A DNA stretch of 64,000 bases, from IMG/VR virus record IMGVR_UViG_3300044729_003379, positions 9,727-73,726 of that record; one strand, 5' to 3'. How positions within the stretch are numbered: the stretch's first letter is position 1; each line of letters opens with the position of its first letter. The notes beneath the pieces were generated by a model, which saw nothing but the letters and a program-made list of their open reading frames with translations, was not told where the DNA came from and made no database searches. Made by a program: the position numbers and the translations under genes. Source of the stretch: a virus. This document shows, one piece after another, positions 1 through 9,974 of this stretch.

Positions 1-1
1 A

Positions 2-412
2 GCAAGCATTGATCATAAGCGTATTTTATTTGGTTCTGGGGCATTTTTGGGAGACAAACACTTTGAAGCACAAAGCAAGGCTAAGATTCCAATTGCCGAT
101 TTAAAATGGGAACCAGAATATAGGGCTTCTTCAGAAGATGCTTGTAAGGTGGATTTAATTGATTATTGCAAACAAAATATTGAACTTACCAAAACTCAAA
201 CATCTAATATTGAAGTTACGACAAGCCCCCAAGGAACTCAATCCTTTGACCTTCCTCTTCACATGAGAAAACAAAGAGGGCCAAATAGACCAAGAAAAGA
301 CTTATACTCGTCTTTGGTTCTTTTAAATTGGTGGGCAAAGGTTTATTTTGATTCCTTGGAAGTTAAAGAAGAGAAAAGGGTTGTTTCTACATTTGTTCCT
401 TTTGCTATCTGA
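2..412 (+). CDS. Terminase large subunit, C-terminal fragment (5' truncated by window)
   Basis: Frame is open from base 2; C-terminal RKDLYSSLVL resembles the terminase RNase H-like KDxYS motif; lies directly upstream of the portal. Confidence 0.7.
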   Translation, partial: ASIDHKRILFGSGAFLGDKHFEAQSKAKIPIADLKWEPEYRASSEDACKVDLIDYCKQNIELTKTQTSNIEVTTSPQGTQSFDLPLHMRKQRGPNRPRKDLYSSLVLLNWWAKVYFDSLEVKEEKRVVSTFVPFAI

Positions 413-445
413 AAGTAACTTTTAAAGTTAAAATTTCAGACTTTT

Positions 446-451
446 GTGTAA
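446..451 (+). promoter_or_regulatory. Putative late promoter motif GTGTAA (portal)
   Basis: GTGTA starts 14 nt before ATG 460; same geometry at seven other genes. Confidence 0.7.
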
Positions 452-459
452 ATGGCATT

Positions 460-2463
460 ATGCCAAGAAGATATACTAAAAAGAATAACGAGTATTGGAA
501 CAATTTGTCCAAGGCAACAATTCCGAATAATAATGAACCTCTTGTTATTGATTTTTCTCCAGAGTTGATTGGAGAAGGCTATTACGCAGAAGAAAGTGTG
601 GCTAGTAGCCGCTTATCTTCTTCTTCGGGTTCTAGAATCTCTTCAAGAAGTAATTTGATCACCTCTTCTCTTGTTAGGAAAAGATTTAAGAACATTGACG
701 ACGGACTTCTTCCTTGGGATTATTCTGCCGATGGTGTTTCTGTGAGAGATGCTATTGTTCTATCTCAAAAGGCTTATTTTAATGTTCCAGTTTACAAATC
801 AACAATTGATTTATTATCGGAATTCTCTAATTCAGAGATTTATTTTAAGAAAAATACAGGAACGGATAAAAGCAGAAAATTTGTAGAAGCTTGGTTGAAT
901 AAAATCAAAATTTATGATTTAAAAGATCAATTTTTTAGAGAGATTTATAGAAGCGGAAATGTTTTTATGCTTCATTTGGATGCAAAGGTTAATAAAGATT
1001 CTATAAAAGCCTTTAGCGAAAGCCCTTTGCCATCTCTTTCTGAAAAAAGAATCCCAGTTCGATATATAATGCTAAATCCTGCTGATATCGAAGTTACGGA
1101 GCAAATGAATTTTGGTGAATATAGTTATGCAAAGGTTTTGACAAATTTTGAAATGGCAAAACTGAAGAATCCTACGACGGAAAAAGAAAAAGAGTTATTT
1201 AACTCTTTACCGCCAGAAGTCAAAAAAGATATTCGTAATTCGGATAAAAAAGCAAACACCTTCATTGTTAATAAGGAAATTCAAATTCCTTTGGACGTTA
1301 TGAAACTGCATCCTGTTTTTTATAAGAAGCAGGATTATGAACCCTTGGCCATTCCTCCGGGTTATTCTGTTTTGGACGATATTAACAAAAAGATGGAATT
1401 GAAGAAGGTTGATCAAGCTATTGCCAGATCAATTGAAAATGTAATCTTGCTTGTTACAATGGGAGCAGAGCCTGACAAAGGAGGGATTAATCATCAAAAT
1501 CTCAAGGCGATGCAAGACATTTTTAAAAGTAAAAGTGTCGGTCGTGTTTTAGTTTCCGATTATACAACTAAAGCCGAATTCGTTATTCCTGATCTTCAAA
1601 AGGTAATGGGTAAGGAAAAGTATGAGGTTCTTAACCAAGATATTCGTGAAGGATTAAATAATATTTTACTTGGAGAAAGTAAGTATGCCGATACAGAAAT
1701 TAAATTAAAGATCTTTCTTCAAAGAATCGAAGATGTAAGAGAGAGATTTTTTAAAGACTTTTTACAACAAGAAGTTGATAGAATTTGTGAAATCATGGGG
1801 TTAAAAAAACCGCCGCGTCTTGAATTCAAGAGAACGGATGCCCTTAATTATTCTGAAATGCAAAGACTTATTGCTAGAATGGTTGAGCTTGGAATTCTCA
1901 CTCCTCAAGAAGGTATGGACGTTATTGACAAGGGTGTTTTTCCAAATGCCGACGAACTTGGTTCAGAACAACAAAATTTTGTGGATCAAAGAAAGAAGGG
2001 ATTTTGGTCTCCATTGGCTCTTGGTGGTTCTATTGGAGAAGTTGATGGAGAATCCTCTAATAAATCAACACAACAATCTCAAAATCCAACAGTTTCTGCC
2101 CCAACGGGCGGTAGACCAACTGGAACTGGTGTTGAAAAACAAAGCCAAGCCCATTTTGCCGTTGACGCTATTAAGGCTTCCGTTGAAACCATTTCAAAGT
2201 TTCAAAAACAAGCCGAAAACCTTTACAAGGAAAAGCTTTCGCTCAAAAAACTTAGTAAGGATAAAAAGGATTTAATTTACGATATTTCCTTAGCCATTAT
2301 ACAGGGTTGCGATAAGAACAAGTGGAATGATAAATTAAATGAAGTCATTGTAAATCCATCAATTCTTGCTTCATTAAGTGTAAACCCCAAAATATTAGAT
2401 ATATCTAATGAACACGAATTATCATTAGAAGCATCTAGTATCTTATATCATTCAACAATTTAA
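460..2463 (+). CDS. Portal protein
   Basis: 667 aa, between terminase and protease; portal-like segments (FFREIYRSGNVF, LVSDYTTKAEFVIPD) and a low-complexity GGRP tail. Confidence 0.8.
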   Translation: MPRRYTKKNNEYWNNLSKATIPNNNEPLVIDFSPELIGEGYYAEESVASSRLSSSSGSRISSRSNLITSSLVRKRFKNIDDGLLPWDYSADGVSVRDAIVLSQKAYFNVPVYKSTIDLLSEFSNSEIYFKKNTGTDKSRKFVEAWLNKIKIYDLKDQFFREIYRSGNVFMLHLDAKVNKDSIKAFSESPLPSLSEKRIPVRYIMLNPADIEVTEQMNFGEYSYAKVLTNFEMAKLKNPTTEKEKELFNSLPPEVKKDIRNSDKKANTFIVNKEIQIPLDVMKLHPVFYKKQDYEPLAIPPGYSVLDDINKKMELKKVDQAIARSIENVILLVTMGAEPDKGGINHQNLKAMQDIFKSKSVGRVLVSDYTTKAEFVIPDLQKVMGKEKYEVLNQDIREGLNNILLGESKYADTEIKLKIFLQRIEDVRERFFKDFLQQEVDRICEIMGLKKPPRLEFKRTDALNYSEMQRLIARMVELGILTPQEGMDVIDKGVFPNADELGSEQQNFVDQRKKGFWSPLALGGSIGEVDGESSNKSTQQSQNPTVSAPTGGRPTGTGVEKQSQAHFAVDAIKASVETISKFQKQAENLYKEKLSLKKLSKDKKDLIYDISLAIIQGCDKNKWNDKLNEVIVNPSILASLSVNPKILDISNEHELSLEASSILYHSTI

Positions 2464-2467
2464 TAAA

Positions 2468-3973
2468 ATGTGGACAGAAGAATCAAACTCAAATTTATCT
2501 ACTAAAATTGCTGGTTCAATTCGCGTAATTGATTCTAGTGAGTTTAAAAAATACGGAATTACAGAACAATCTGTTGCTTCTGCTAGAAAAACCTTAATGC
2601 CCCCTTCTTTTGATGTAGAGAAGAATATTGACGTTCTTCCTGTTGTTTTTAATTTGGCTGTAGTAAACCGATTTAACGAAAACGATGACGCAATTAAGAC
2701 TTCCGTTGCAATGGAGTTGGTAAAACAATTTATCAATAAACCCATCAACATTGAACACATGAAGGATAAAATTGTTGGGCATATTATAAATGCTTCTTTT
2801 TCTGACAAACAACCAGAATACGAATATAACGAAATCGAAGCTTACAAAGACAGGAAAGACCCATTCTATATTTCCGCTGCTGGAATTATTTATCGTCATA
2901 TTTTTCCAAAATTAGCCGATGAAATTGTTGAAGCCTCTAACGAAAAAAGCGAAAAATATCAAAGCTTATCAACTTCTTGGGAAGTTGGTTTTAGAAATTA
3001 TACATTAGGAATCGGAGAAGGTTCTTTAGAAGAAGTTGAAGAACTGTCAGAAGAAGATGAATCTTATTCTAGTCTAAAAGATAATTTAAAGGCATATGGA
3101 GGAACTGGATATTCCAATAAAGGAAGAGTCAGAAGAATAATTAATGGTCCTGTTTATGGATTAGGCGTTGGTATTACTACTTCTCCTGCCGCAAATGTTA
3201 AGGGCGTTTATATAATGTTAGAGGAAGAAGAAAACCAAGAAGAAAACGAAGATAATATGGAAAATGAAAAAGAAAATGATATTAATAATAATGATTCTAT
3301 TTCCCAAGAACATAAAAAATATGTAAAAGCTAACAAACCATCTCTTTCAATGGACGAAAATCAGTTTAACCAACTTATCGCGAAGCTTGAAGAAGCCAAA
3401 GCTTCTTCAGAAATCGCCCTTCAGATCAAAAAAGTGTTTGATCAACAGACCGAATGGCAATCAAAAGCCGAGGCTGCTCAAAAAGATCTTGATTCGACCC
3501 GTTCGGAACTTGAGTCCATCAAAAACGAATTTAAACAAACTGCGGAAGAACTTGAATCTCTCAAGAGAGATCTTGAAGCTAAAGCCGCTGCTGAACTTTT
3601 CAATTCCAGAATCCAAACCATTCTTGAGAAATACGAACTGACCGAAGCTCAAGAGAAGGTTGTTATCGAAGATATCAAAAATCTTGATTCAAGCGAAGCC
3701 TCTTTCGAGAAGTTTCAAGAAAAGGCTGAAATTATTTTCTCCAAACAAAGCAAAGAGGCTCTTGCCTCTCTTGAAGAAGCAAAAAGAGCCGAAATTGAAA
3801 AGGCCGCAGAAAAACTCTTAGAATCCAAGGCTTCTACCTCCGAAGAAACCTTAGAACTTAAAACAGAAGAAGCGGAAGCCTCTTCTCTCCCCAACAACAC
3901 TGGAGAAGGTTCTCAAGAACTCACTCTCTTAGACAGAATTAAAAAAACCGGACTTCAAGTTTCAACCAACTAA
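2468..3973 (+). CDS. Prohead protease fused to coiled-coil scaffolding domain
   Basis: N-terminal FINKPINIEH / IVGHI / STSWEVGF / TSPAANV protease-like motifs; acidic linker; helical E/K-rich C-terminal half; synteny. Confidence 0.7.
   Translation: MWTEESNSNLSTKIAGSIRVIDSSEFKKYGITEQSVASARKTLMPPSFDVEKNIDVLPVVFNLAVVNRFNENDDAIKTSVAMELVKQFINKPINIEHMKDKIVGHIINASFSDKQPEYEYNEIEAYKDRKDPFYISAAGIIYRHIFPKLADEIVEASNEKSEKYQSLSTSWEVGFRNYTLGIGEGSLEEVEELSEEDESYSSLKDNLKAYGGTGYSNKGRVRRIINGPVYGLGVGITTSPAANVKGVYIMLEEEENQEENEDNMENEKENDINNNDSISQEHKKYVKANKPSLSMDENQFNQLIAKLEEAKASSEIALQIKKVFDQQTEWQSKAEAAQKDLDSTRSELESIKNEFKQTAEELESLKRDLEAKAAAELFNSRIQTILEKYELTEAQEKVVIEDIKNLDSSEASFEKFQEKAEIIFSKQSKEALASLEEAKRAEIEKAAEKLLESKASTSEETLELKTEEAEASSLPNNTGEGSQELTLLDRIKKTGLQVSTN
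3300..3327 (+). promoter_or_regulatory. Putative internal late promoter TTTCCCAAG-N13-TGTAAA for a nested scaffold protein (ATG 3350)
   Basis: Identical bipartite motif with identical spacing at 8674-8701 upstream of the tail tube gene. Confidence 0.55.
3350..3973 (+). CDS. Nested in-frame scaffolding protein (MDENQFNQL...)
   Basis: In-frame ATG at the start of the coiled-coil region, preceded by a promoter-like motif. Confidence 0.5.
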   Translation: MDENQFNQLIAKLEEAKASSEIALQIKKVFDQQTEWQSKAEAAQKDLDSTRSELESIKNEFKQTAEELESLKRDLEAKAAAELFNSRIQTILEKYELTEAQEKVVIEDIKNLDSSEASFEKFQEKAEIIFSKQSKEALASLEEAKRAEIEKAAEKLLESKASTSEETLELKTEEAEASSLPNNTGEGSQELTLLDRIKKTGLQVSTN

Positions 3974-3997
3974 TACAAAATTTAACTAATAACTACT

Positions 3998-4612
3998 ATG
4001 GCACAGCAAATTACTCGCTTACTCCCTAATCGCTCCTACGCGGAAGCCGATGTGATCAACTCGTATGCTTTAGACGCAAATTCTGGCGAAGCTGGAACTT
4101 TCGTTAAAGTGTCCTCTGCAAACCTTTCCGATGATCCTGTCGTGTATGGCAACTTCGGTCCATTCGCCAACACTCTTGGCAATGCCACTTCGCAATATCC
4201 TTATGCTACTCAAAGAGTTGTTGCGACCTCTGGAACCGGGGACGCTGGACAAGTTGTTGGCATGATTCTTAGAGACGTTCGCCAATTTGATGAAAATGGT
4301 GAAAATCTTCTTTATTATCCCGCCAAAAAGTTTGATCTCCAGTGTGTTCTTTCTGGTGAAGCAAATCCAATTCTTGCTCGCGGCGTTGTCGAAATTAATG
4401 CTCGCGGTCTCGCTGGTGGCGTTTGCCCCGGTGTCGGTCACGCTGCGGTTCTCGCGGCTAATGGTAGGGTTACTGGGGTTGCTTACTCCTCTCTCACCAC
4501 TGAACAAAGAAATGCTGTGGTCGGAACCTTTATTGGAACTGGTCTCAGAGAGAGTCAACAAAATACAGACTTCGCTGCTGGTGCTTATGCCAGACTTAAG
4601 TTCTCCGTGTAA
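3998..4612 (+). CDS. Capsid decoration/cement protein
   Basis: 204 aa, G/A/V-rich, immediately upstream of the major capsid gene, highly-expressed-type codon usage. Confidence 0.55.
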   Translation: MAQQITRLLPNRSYAEADVINSYALDANSGEAGTFVKVSSANLSDDPVVYGNFGPFANTLGNATSQYPYATQRVVATSGTGDAGQVVGMILRDVRQFDENGENLLYYPAKKFDLQCVLSGEANPILARGVVEINARGLAGGVCPGVGHAAVLAANGRVTGVAYSSLTTEQRNAVVGTFIGTGLRESQQNTDFAAGAYARLKFSV

Positions 4613-4641
4613 TCTTAACCAATATAAACTAACAATTTAAA

Positions 4642-5769
4642 ATGAAAATTCGTATTCAAGAAACCCCAGAACAAATCGAGCTTATTAAGGCTTGCGCCTC
4701 TAAGGATAAGCTGGTCGCGGAGGAAGCAAAAGCTGCTGTTGCAGATTTAGTCGGACCCGTTATCAGTGAAGTTATCAATAACGCTCCTACTGTTTCGAAT
4801 CTTTACTCAACCCTTCCATTTAGCGAAGATGACAATCTTTCGATTGCACTGGACCTCTTCCACGACGTTACTGATGAAGATTACATCAGAATTCACTCTC
4901 AATCTGTCGCTGGTGGACTTAGCTCAAACGAGCTTTTCCCTGCCCATGACGAACTTAAGTTTAAGACTTACTCGCTTGATAGCGCAGTTTCTCTTGATAA
5001 AAAGTATCTTCGTAAAGGTAGAAGCATCGATCTTTCGAAGGTTTTCACTAGAATGGCCCAAGAGTTTCTTCTTAAGCAAGAAAAGACTTCCATCAACCAA
5101 CTTTTAGGTGCGCTTCTTGCTGCGGATACTAAAGTGAATGGAACCGCTGCTGCTGGTAATCACATTATCGATTCCACTACGGGCGATCAACTTCAACTTG
5201 ACGACTTTAATCGTCTCATCACTCTTTCCAAGCGTCTTTGGAGTTCTTTCTCCAGCGGCACTCCCGTTAGCGGTGTGAATGTTGGGATCACTGATCTTCT
5301 TGTTTCTCCCGAAATGGTTGAAGAACTCAGAAACATGGCTTACAACCCAGTCAATACTCGTCCGGGTTCTATCACAACTTCGGGTGCTACGGCGATTCCC
5401 GCTTCTGACGAAATGAGAAGCCAACTCATGAGTCAAGCTGGTCTCCCAACCTTCTTCGGTATCGGAATTATTGAAATTCTCGAAATGGGTATCGGTCAAA
5501 GATACAACAAGATTTTCGCCGCCCTTAATACGGCTGCTGGAAGTCCAGTTACCTTCACTCAAGCTTCTGATGAGATCGTTGTCGGTATCGACAGATCGAA
5601 AGAAGCCCTTCTTAGACCCGCTATTCGCGAAGAGGGTGTGTCTACTGAAGTCAGCGTTCAAGTCGATGATCAGTATGTTGCTCGCCAAAACAAGCTTGGC
5701 TGGTATGGAAAGATCAACGAAGGACGTATTATCATCGAAGATCGCGTGTTAACTGGTATCATCGTGTAA
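4642..5769 (+). CDS. Major capsid protein
   Basis: 375 aa, after scaffold and decoration genes, biased codons, ITDLLVSPE and C-terminal GWYG..EGR..ED HK97-like patterns, followed by a terminator. Confidence 0.8.
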   Translation: MKIRIQETPEQIELIKACASKDKLVAEEAKAAVADLVGPVISEVINNAPTVSNLYSTLPFSEDDNLSIALDLFHDVTDEDYIRIHSQSVAGGLSSNELFPAHDELKFKTYSLDSAVSLDKKYLRKGRSIDLSKVFTRMAQEFLLKQEKTSINQLLGALLAADTKVNGTAAAGNHIIDSTTGDQLQLDDFNRLITLSKRLWSSFSSGTPVSGVNVGITDLLVSPEMVEELRNMAYNPVNTRPGSITTSGATAIPASDEMRSQLMSQAGLPTFFGIGIIEILEMGIGQRYNKIFAALNTAAGSPVTFTQASDEIVVGIDRSKEALLRPAIREEGVSTEVSVQVDDQYVARQNKLGWYGKINEGRIIIEDRVLTGIIV

Positions 5770-5800
5770 GATTATTGGTGCCATAATATTCCTCACAAAC

Positions 5801-5825
5801 GGCTCACCTTTTAGGTGGGCCTTTT
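5801..5825 (+). terminator. Rho-independent terminator
   Basis: GGCTCACCT-ttt-AGGTGGGCC stem followed by TTTT. Confidence 0.8.
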
Positions 5826-5864
5826 GTGCTTTAAAAGCAAACAAAAAAACACTATAATTAGTAT

Positions 5865-6245
5865 ATGAAAAAACCTAAGAAAAAAGACGAAGTTGAAATG
5901 ACTGACGGAAAAAAGAGAAAAACGAAGACCAGAGAAGAACAAGAAAAAGAACTTCAAGAACTTGAAGAAATTCTTCAAACAGGAAAATACAATCCATATG
6001 GCACGACTAATGCAGAAACCTTTCAAAAGAAGCTTTCTGAAATGACTCTGGATGAACTTCGTCTTTTATCTTCAAGAGTCGGAATTACGCCTATTTCCAG
6101 AGAAAGCGTCTTGAGAGAACAACTTATGGAATCATTTAATGATTTTATCAGAAGATCAAGACAAAACATCTCTGGCCCAAATACCGCTCCTGATATAAAC
6201 CATCCAGCAATAAAGGACATTAGACACTTAATTGACACTATTTAA
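5865..6245 (+). CDS. Hypothetical protein (possible small helical nucleic-acid-binding domain)
   Basis: 126 aa ORF with own TTTAAA-17-TATAAT promoter; LSEMTLDELRLLS resembles Rho-N/HeH-like helices. Confidence 0.55.
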   Translation: MKKPKKKDEVEMTDGKKRKTKTREEQEKELQELEEILQTGKYNPYGTTNAETFQKKLSEMTLDELRLLSSRVGITPISRESVLREQLMESFNDFIRRSRQNISGPNTAPDINHPAIKDIRHLIDTI

Positions 6246-6260
6246 GTGTAATTTCTCTAT

Positions 6261-6776
6261 ATGAATGAATTGGGTTCTATCGCCGCAGATATAGTAACAT
6301 ATAGTTTTCCTGATGACACAGGAAGATTTCCTGTTTCTTATATTTCTGGTTGGTTGCAAACCCACATAGGAGATTTAAACTCTCTTACTCATGAAGAATT
6401 TTATGTAGATAGCACTGGTGGAATTGGTCCTAGTGGACTACTTTCTCAAGAAAAATCTATTTTCATGGCTTTATATGAGATTGATTATTATCAAAGATCC
6501 GCAAGAGAATCTTTGAGAGGAATCATTTGGGGAGGGTCTTCTTCTGCTGCTGATTCAATTGTCATGGTTAGAGAAGGAGATTCAACAATTCAAAAGGTTT
6601 CAAAGGCCACTATCTCTAAGAGTTTTATTGAATTTTCTAAGGATGCTCAGGAAAGGTTGGACAATCTAATTTTCCAGTATAATTCTATGAAAACTAATCC
6701 AACCTCTTTGGCTGGAGAAGACGGTATTGAGTTTTCTGAAGGGATAGATTCTTATGATCCAAGAAGGGGATATTAA
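6261..6776 (+). CDS. Putative head-tail adaptor/neck protein
   Basis: Synteny after the capsid gene; GTGTAA motif 15 nt upstream. Confidence 0.5.
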   Translation: MNELGSIAADIVTYSFPDDTGRFPVSYISGWLQTHIGDLNSLTHEEFYVDSTGGIGPSGLLSQEKSIFMALYEIDYYQRSARESLRGIIWGGSSSAADSIVMVREGDSTIQKVSKATISKSFIEFSKDAQERLDNLIFQYNSMKTNPTSLAGEDGIEFSEGIDSYDPRRGY

Positions 6777-6778
6777 TT

Positions 6779-7216
6779 ATGGCTTCTTTTTTTTCTGATG
6801 CAGAAAAACTTTCTATAGATGGTCTTTTTAACGACCTTCACGATACATTTAAAACGATTATTTATGTTTTCGTTGAAGAAGCTTCTTCTGTTTTATCAGA
6901 TACAGATTACAATCCTTTATATAATAGAATAGGAAATCAATCTAGAACTTCCGCAGATATTATTAGGGTAAAACACGAAATAGAAGCAAGGGTTTATTAC
7001 CCACCCTCGACCCAAGAAGAAAGACTGCCAGATGTTATGCTTCCTTCTTCTGATGATAAATGCAGAATAAAAATTGCAGCTAACGACTATGAAATAGTTA
7101 AAAGGGCTTCTGTAATAGAAGTGGATGGGGAAAATTACAAAATAGATTCAAAATCTTCTCCGATTGGTCCCTTCTCAATAAATTACGTCCAAGTAATGCT
7201 TCAAAGAATCGCTTAA
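6779..7216 (+). CDS. Putative head closure/stopper protein
   Basis: 145 aa, beta-rich with IEVDGENYKI pattern; synteny. Confidence 0.5.
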   Translation: MASFFSDAEKLSIDGLFNDLHDTFKTIIYVFVEEASSVLSDTDYNPLYNRIGNQSRTSADIIRVKHEIEARVYYPPSTQEERLPDVMLPSSDDKCRIKIAANDYEIVKRASVIEVDGENYKIDSKSSPIGPFSINYVQVMLQRIA

Positions 7217-7809
7217 TGAGAAACAAGATATCAGTATCTATCAATAGATCTCTTCTTACTTCTGCAATGACAGAAGGAAGAAATGGCAAATCTGTTTCTC
7301 GTTTAATAAGAAATCAATGGCAAACAAAAATAGAAGAAGCCCAGCGGCAAATGATTTCTTCTTACGAAGAAAATTCTATTACTAAAGAAATAGATAGTGG
7401 ACCCACTGCCTCCAACACTTCTCAAACGTTAAATGGCAAAGGAAACTTATTTTCTTTCATTGGCTTTCCAGAAGGAAGTAATCCAACAGAAGAGGTTAAA
7501 AATATCTTAAGAAACAAGATAAACTTTATTGTAAAACCCTTATCAAACGGAAAGTTTTCTATACAAATCCAAGCTCCAACAAAACAAGAGATTTATAACG
7601 TAAGTCCTATTCCTTGGAACCCCGGAAGAAGTTGGGTAGATGCTATAGAGAAAGGTATTTCTGGTCTTGGTAGTTATGTTTATAAGCCTTCGGAAATTTC
7701 TCGTTCTGGAACAGGTATTCAAGTAAAAAATTCCGTAGGAGGTCGTTTTGCTAATAGAAGTTATATCTCTACAATTTTAAAAGAATTTGAAAGAAACATC
7801 TCAAAATGA
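7216..7809 (+). CDS. Putative neck/tail completion protein
   Basis: Synteny in the neck cluster. Confidence 0.4.
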   Translation: MRNKISVSINRSLLTSAMTEGRNGKSVSRLIRNQWQTKIEEAQRQMISSYEENSITKEIDSGPTASNTSQTLNGKGNLFSFIGFPEGSNPTEEVKNILRNKINFIVKPLSNGKFSIQIQAPTKQEIYNVSPIPWNPGRSWVDAIEKGISGLGSYVYKPSEISRSGTGIQVKNSVGGRFANRSYISTILKEFERNISK

Positions 7810-8672
7810 AAGCACAATTTGCAACAGAACTAGCTTCTTCTTTTTATTTATGGCTTGAAAACAAGTTGTTGTTGCCAAATTTTAAGGCGTATGCAACGAA
7901 CAAGTCAAATTCCTTTTCATATGTCTCTTCTTTTATTGATGTGCCAAGTGGATATGCGGCTTATCAAGGTAAATTTAGACAATTGGTTGCCGATCAATCT
8001 GTTGATGTGCCTAATTCTGGAATTTTTGTGAATGGTTCTTTTGTTTCTGGTAACGCACCAAATCTTTATATAGACTACGATAATGGAAGAGTTGTTTTTC
8101 CTTTGAATTCTGGAACAGGGCTAACTGTAACAGCAAACAATACAATTAAAGAAGTAAATACTTATTTTACAGAAGATGACGAAGAACAAATTATTGTGAC
8201 AAGTGATTTCATCGATTCTTCTGAAACTTCAAGCACCAACCTCTTCTCTAAAACAAAAAAGAGAGACGAAAAGACATTTATACTTCCTGCTTGTTTTGTT
8301 AGATTTATAAATAACGAAAATGAAGAATTCTCATTTGGTGGAGAAGAAAAAACCACATCAAGAATTCAAGTCATAGTAATGGCCTTTGACAATGCAACAT
8401 TAGACAATCTCCTTTCTTTATTAGCGGACTCTGTAAGAGAATGCATTACAAGAGTTCCTTATGAACAGTTTCCTTATGGAAGATTTTTTGATGTAAAATC
8501 TTTTCCCTATTCTTATTCAAACTTTATTTCAAATTATACCTCAAAATCATATATTGAAAGTGTAAATACATCTAAAATAAATAGTTCAGTTGTGCTGAAT
8601 AAATACAACAAAGACGTTTTAGTGGGGTTAGTTGATTTTGATATTTCAACTTATCGATTCCCCCGCCTTTAA
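7806..8672 (+). CDS. Putative tail terminator/completion protein
   Basis: Directly precedes the tail tube; LPACFV...FSFGG pattern. Confidence 0.5.
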   Translation: MKAQFATELASSFYLWLENKLLLPNFKAYATNKSNSFSYVSSFIDVPSGYAAYQGKFRQLVADQSVDVPNSGIFVNGSFVSGNAPNLYIDYDNGRVVFPLNSGTGLTVTANNTIKEVNTYFTEDDEEQIIVTSDFIDSSETSSTNLFSKTKKRDEKTFILPACFVRFINNENEEFSFGGEEKTTSRIQVIVMAFDNATLDNLLSLLADSVRECITRVPYEQFPYGRFFDVKSFPYSYSNFISNYTSKSYIESVNTSKINSSVVLNKYNKDVLVGLVDFDISTYRFPRL

Positions 8673-8673
8673 T

Positions 8674-8701
8674 TTTCCCAAGTCGGGTTTTATACTGTAA
8701 A
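8674..8701 (+). promoter_or_regulatory. Putative late promoter TTTCCCAAG-N13-TGTAAA (tail tube)
   Basis: Same motif and spacing as 3300-3327. Confidence 0.55.
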
Positions 8702-8729
8702 GACTTATAACTCATACCCCTTTTAAATC

Positions 8730-9905
8730 ATGTCTTCCCGTGTTAGAAAAATTTCCGCAAACAAAGCTGTTTACGCCACAAAAACAGGAGTTTTTGTCCA
8801 CGCAAGCAGCGGTATTGAAGCAACTCAGCTTCACAGAATTAACAATTTTACTTTCGAAGTTGATATCGCGGGTTCTCGACAAGATATTAGAGAATTCGGT
8901 CAGCTTGCTCGTATCGGTTCTTTGATTAATTCCGATCTTACTCCCACTTGTTCTTTTGATTACTACTTGACTGACGGGGAAAACGAATCCCATCTTGGAT
9001 TCGAAATTAAAAACTCTATTGTTGCTAACGCGGCTTCTGTTCAAGGTATTTCTGGTATTCTTACCGAAGACCCAAGATATAGAGAAAGAAATATTTTCAT
9101 CGCTACGGTTGGTGAGGGTAAGGATGCTTTTGATGCCGATTCTTGGGCCAGCGAAACAGAAATTGATGTTGTTGGATTTGGAAATGCTTTCATTACCGAT
9201 TACACCGTTGATCTTTCGGTTGGCGAAATTCCAACCGCTAGCGTTTCCTACGATTGTGGCAACATTCAATTCTATACTGGAAACAGCACCGGATTAGCCA
9301 ATCCGTCAATTAAAGCTTCGAACGGCGCTCCTGCCGATAACGGTTTAATTGGTCTTCCTGTTCCTAATTCTGGAAACTCCTTGGTTGACGTTTTAAGAGC
9401 GGGTCAAATTGAAGTTAACCTTTCTTCTGCAACCGCACTTGGTATTGGTGGGGTTGATCTCGCCACGCTTCACCCTCAGTCGGTTTCTATTTCGGTTCCT
9501 CTTGCCAGAGAACCCCTTGAAGAGTTGGGTGCGGTCCTTCCTTATGCGAGACCTCTCACCTTCCCAATTGACGTTACCCTCTCTGTTAGCGCCATTACTT
9601 CAAATCAAACAGAGGGTAATATCGCCGCCCTTTTAACTGGTTGTGGTGGTCAAGAGACGAGAGACATTCGCGTTACTCTTAAGGATAGATGTGATAGTTC
9701 TACCTCAAGACTCGTTTACATCTTAAAAGATGCGGTTCTTGATTCTCAGAACTTCTCACAAGATCTAGACGGCAATGAAACCGTGGACTTACAGTTCTCG
9801 GCCCAAATCGGTGGAGCCAATACTCAAACGGCTGGTATTTTCATGAGCGGTTCCTACAACCTTGCAAATGGAAGCATCTTAAATCCAACTCGTTATACGC
9901 TGTAA
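8730..9905 (+). CDS. Major tail (tube) protein
   Basis: 391 aa, beta-rich with internal duplication (RQDIREFGQ / REPLEELGA), biased codons, followed by a terminator, upstream of chaperones and tape measure. Confidence 0.7.
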   Translation: MSSRVRKISANKAVYATKTGVFVHASSGIEATQLHRINNFTFEVDIAGSRQDIREFGQLARIGSLINSDLTPTCSFDYYLTDGENESHLGFEIKNSIVANAASVQGISGILTEDPRYRERNIFIATVGEGKDAFDADSWASETEIDVVGFGNAFITDYTVDLSVGEIPTASVSYDCGNIQFYTGNSTGLANPSIKASNGAPADNGLIGLPVPNSGNSLVDVLRAGQIEVNLSSATALGIGGVDLATLHPQSVSISVPLAREPLEELGAVLPYARPLTFPIDVTLSVSAITSNQTEGNIAALLTGCGGQETRDIRVTLKDRCDSSTSRLVYILKDAVLDSQNFSQDLDGNETVDLQFSAQIGGANTQTAGIFMSGSYNLANGSILNPTRYTL

Positions 9906-9933
9906 TAAAATAGCTAAACCAATTTTTGGTTTG

Positions 9934-9960
9934 AAGGCTCGCCAAGCGAGCCTTTTTTTT
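9934..9960 (+). terminator. Rho-independent terminator
   Basis: AAGGCTCGC-caa-GCGAGCCTT followed by a T tract. Confidence 0.85.
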
Positions 9961-9974
9961 GTGTATATATCAAT

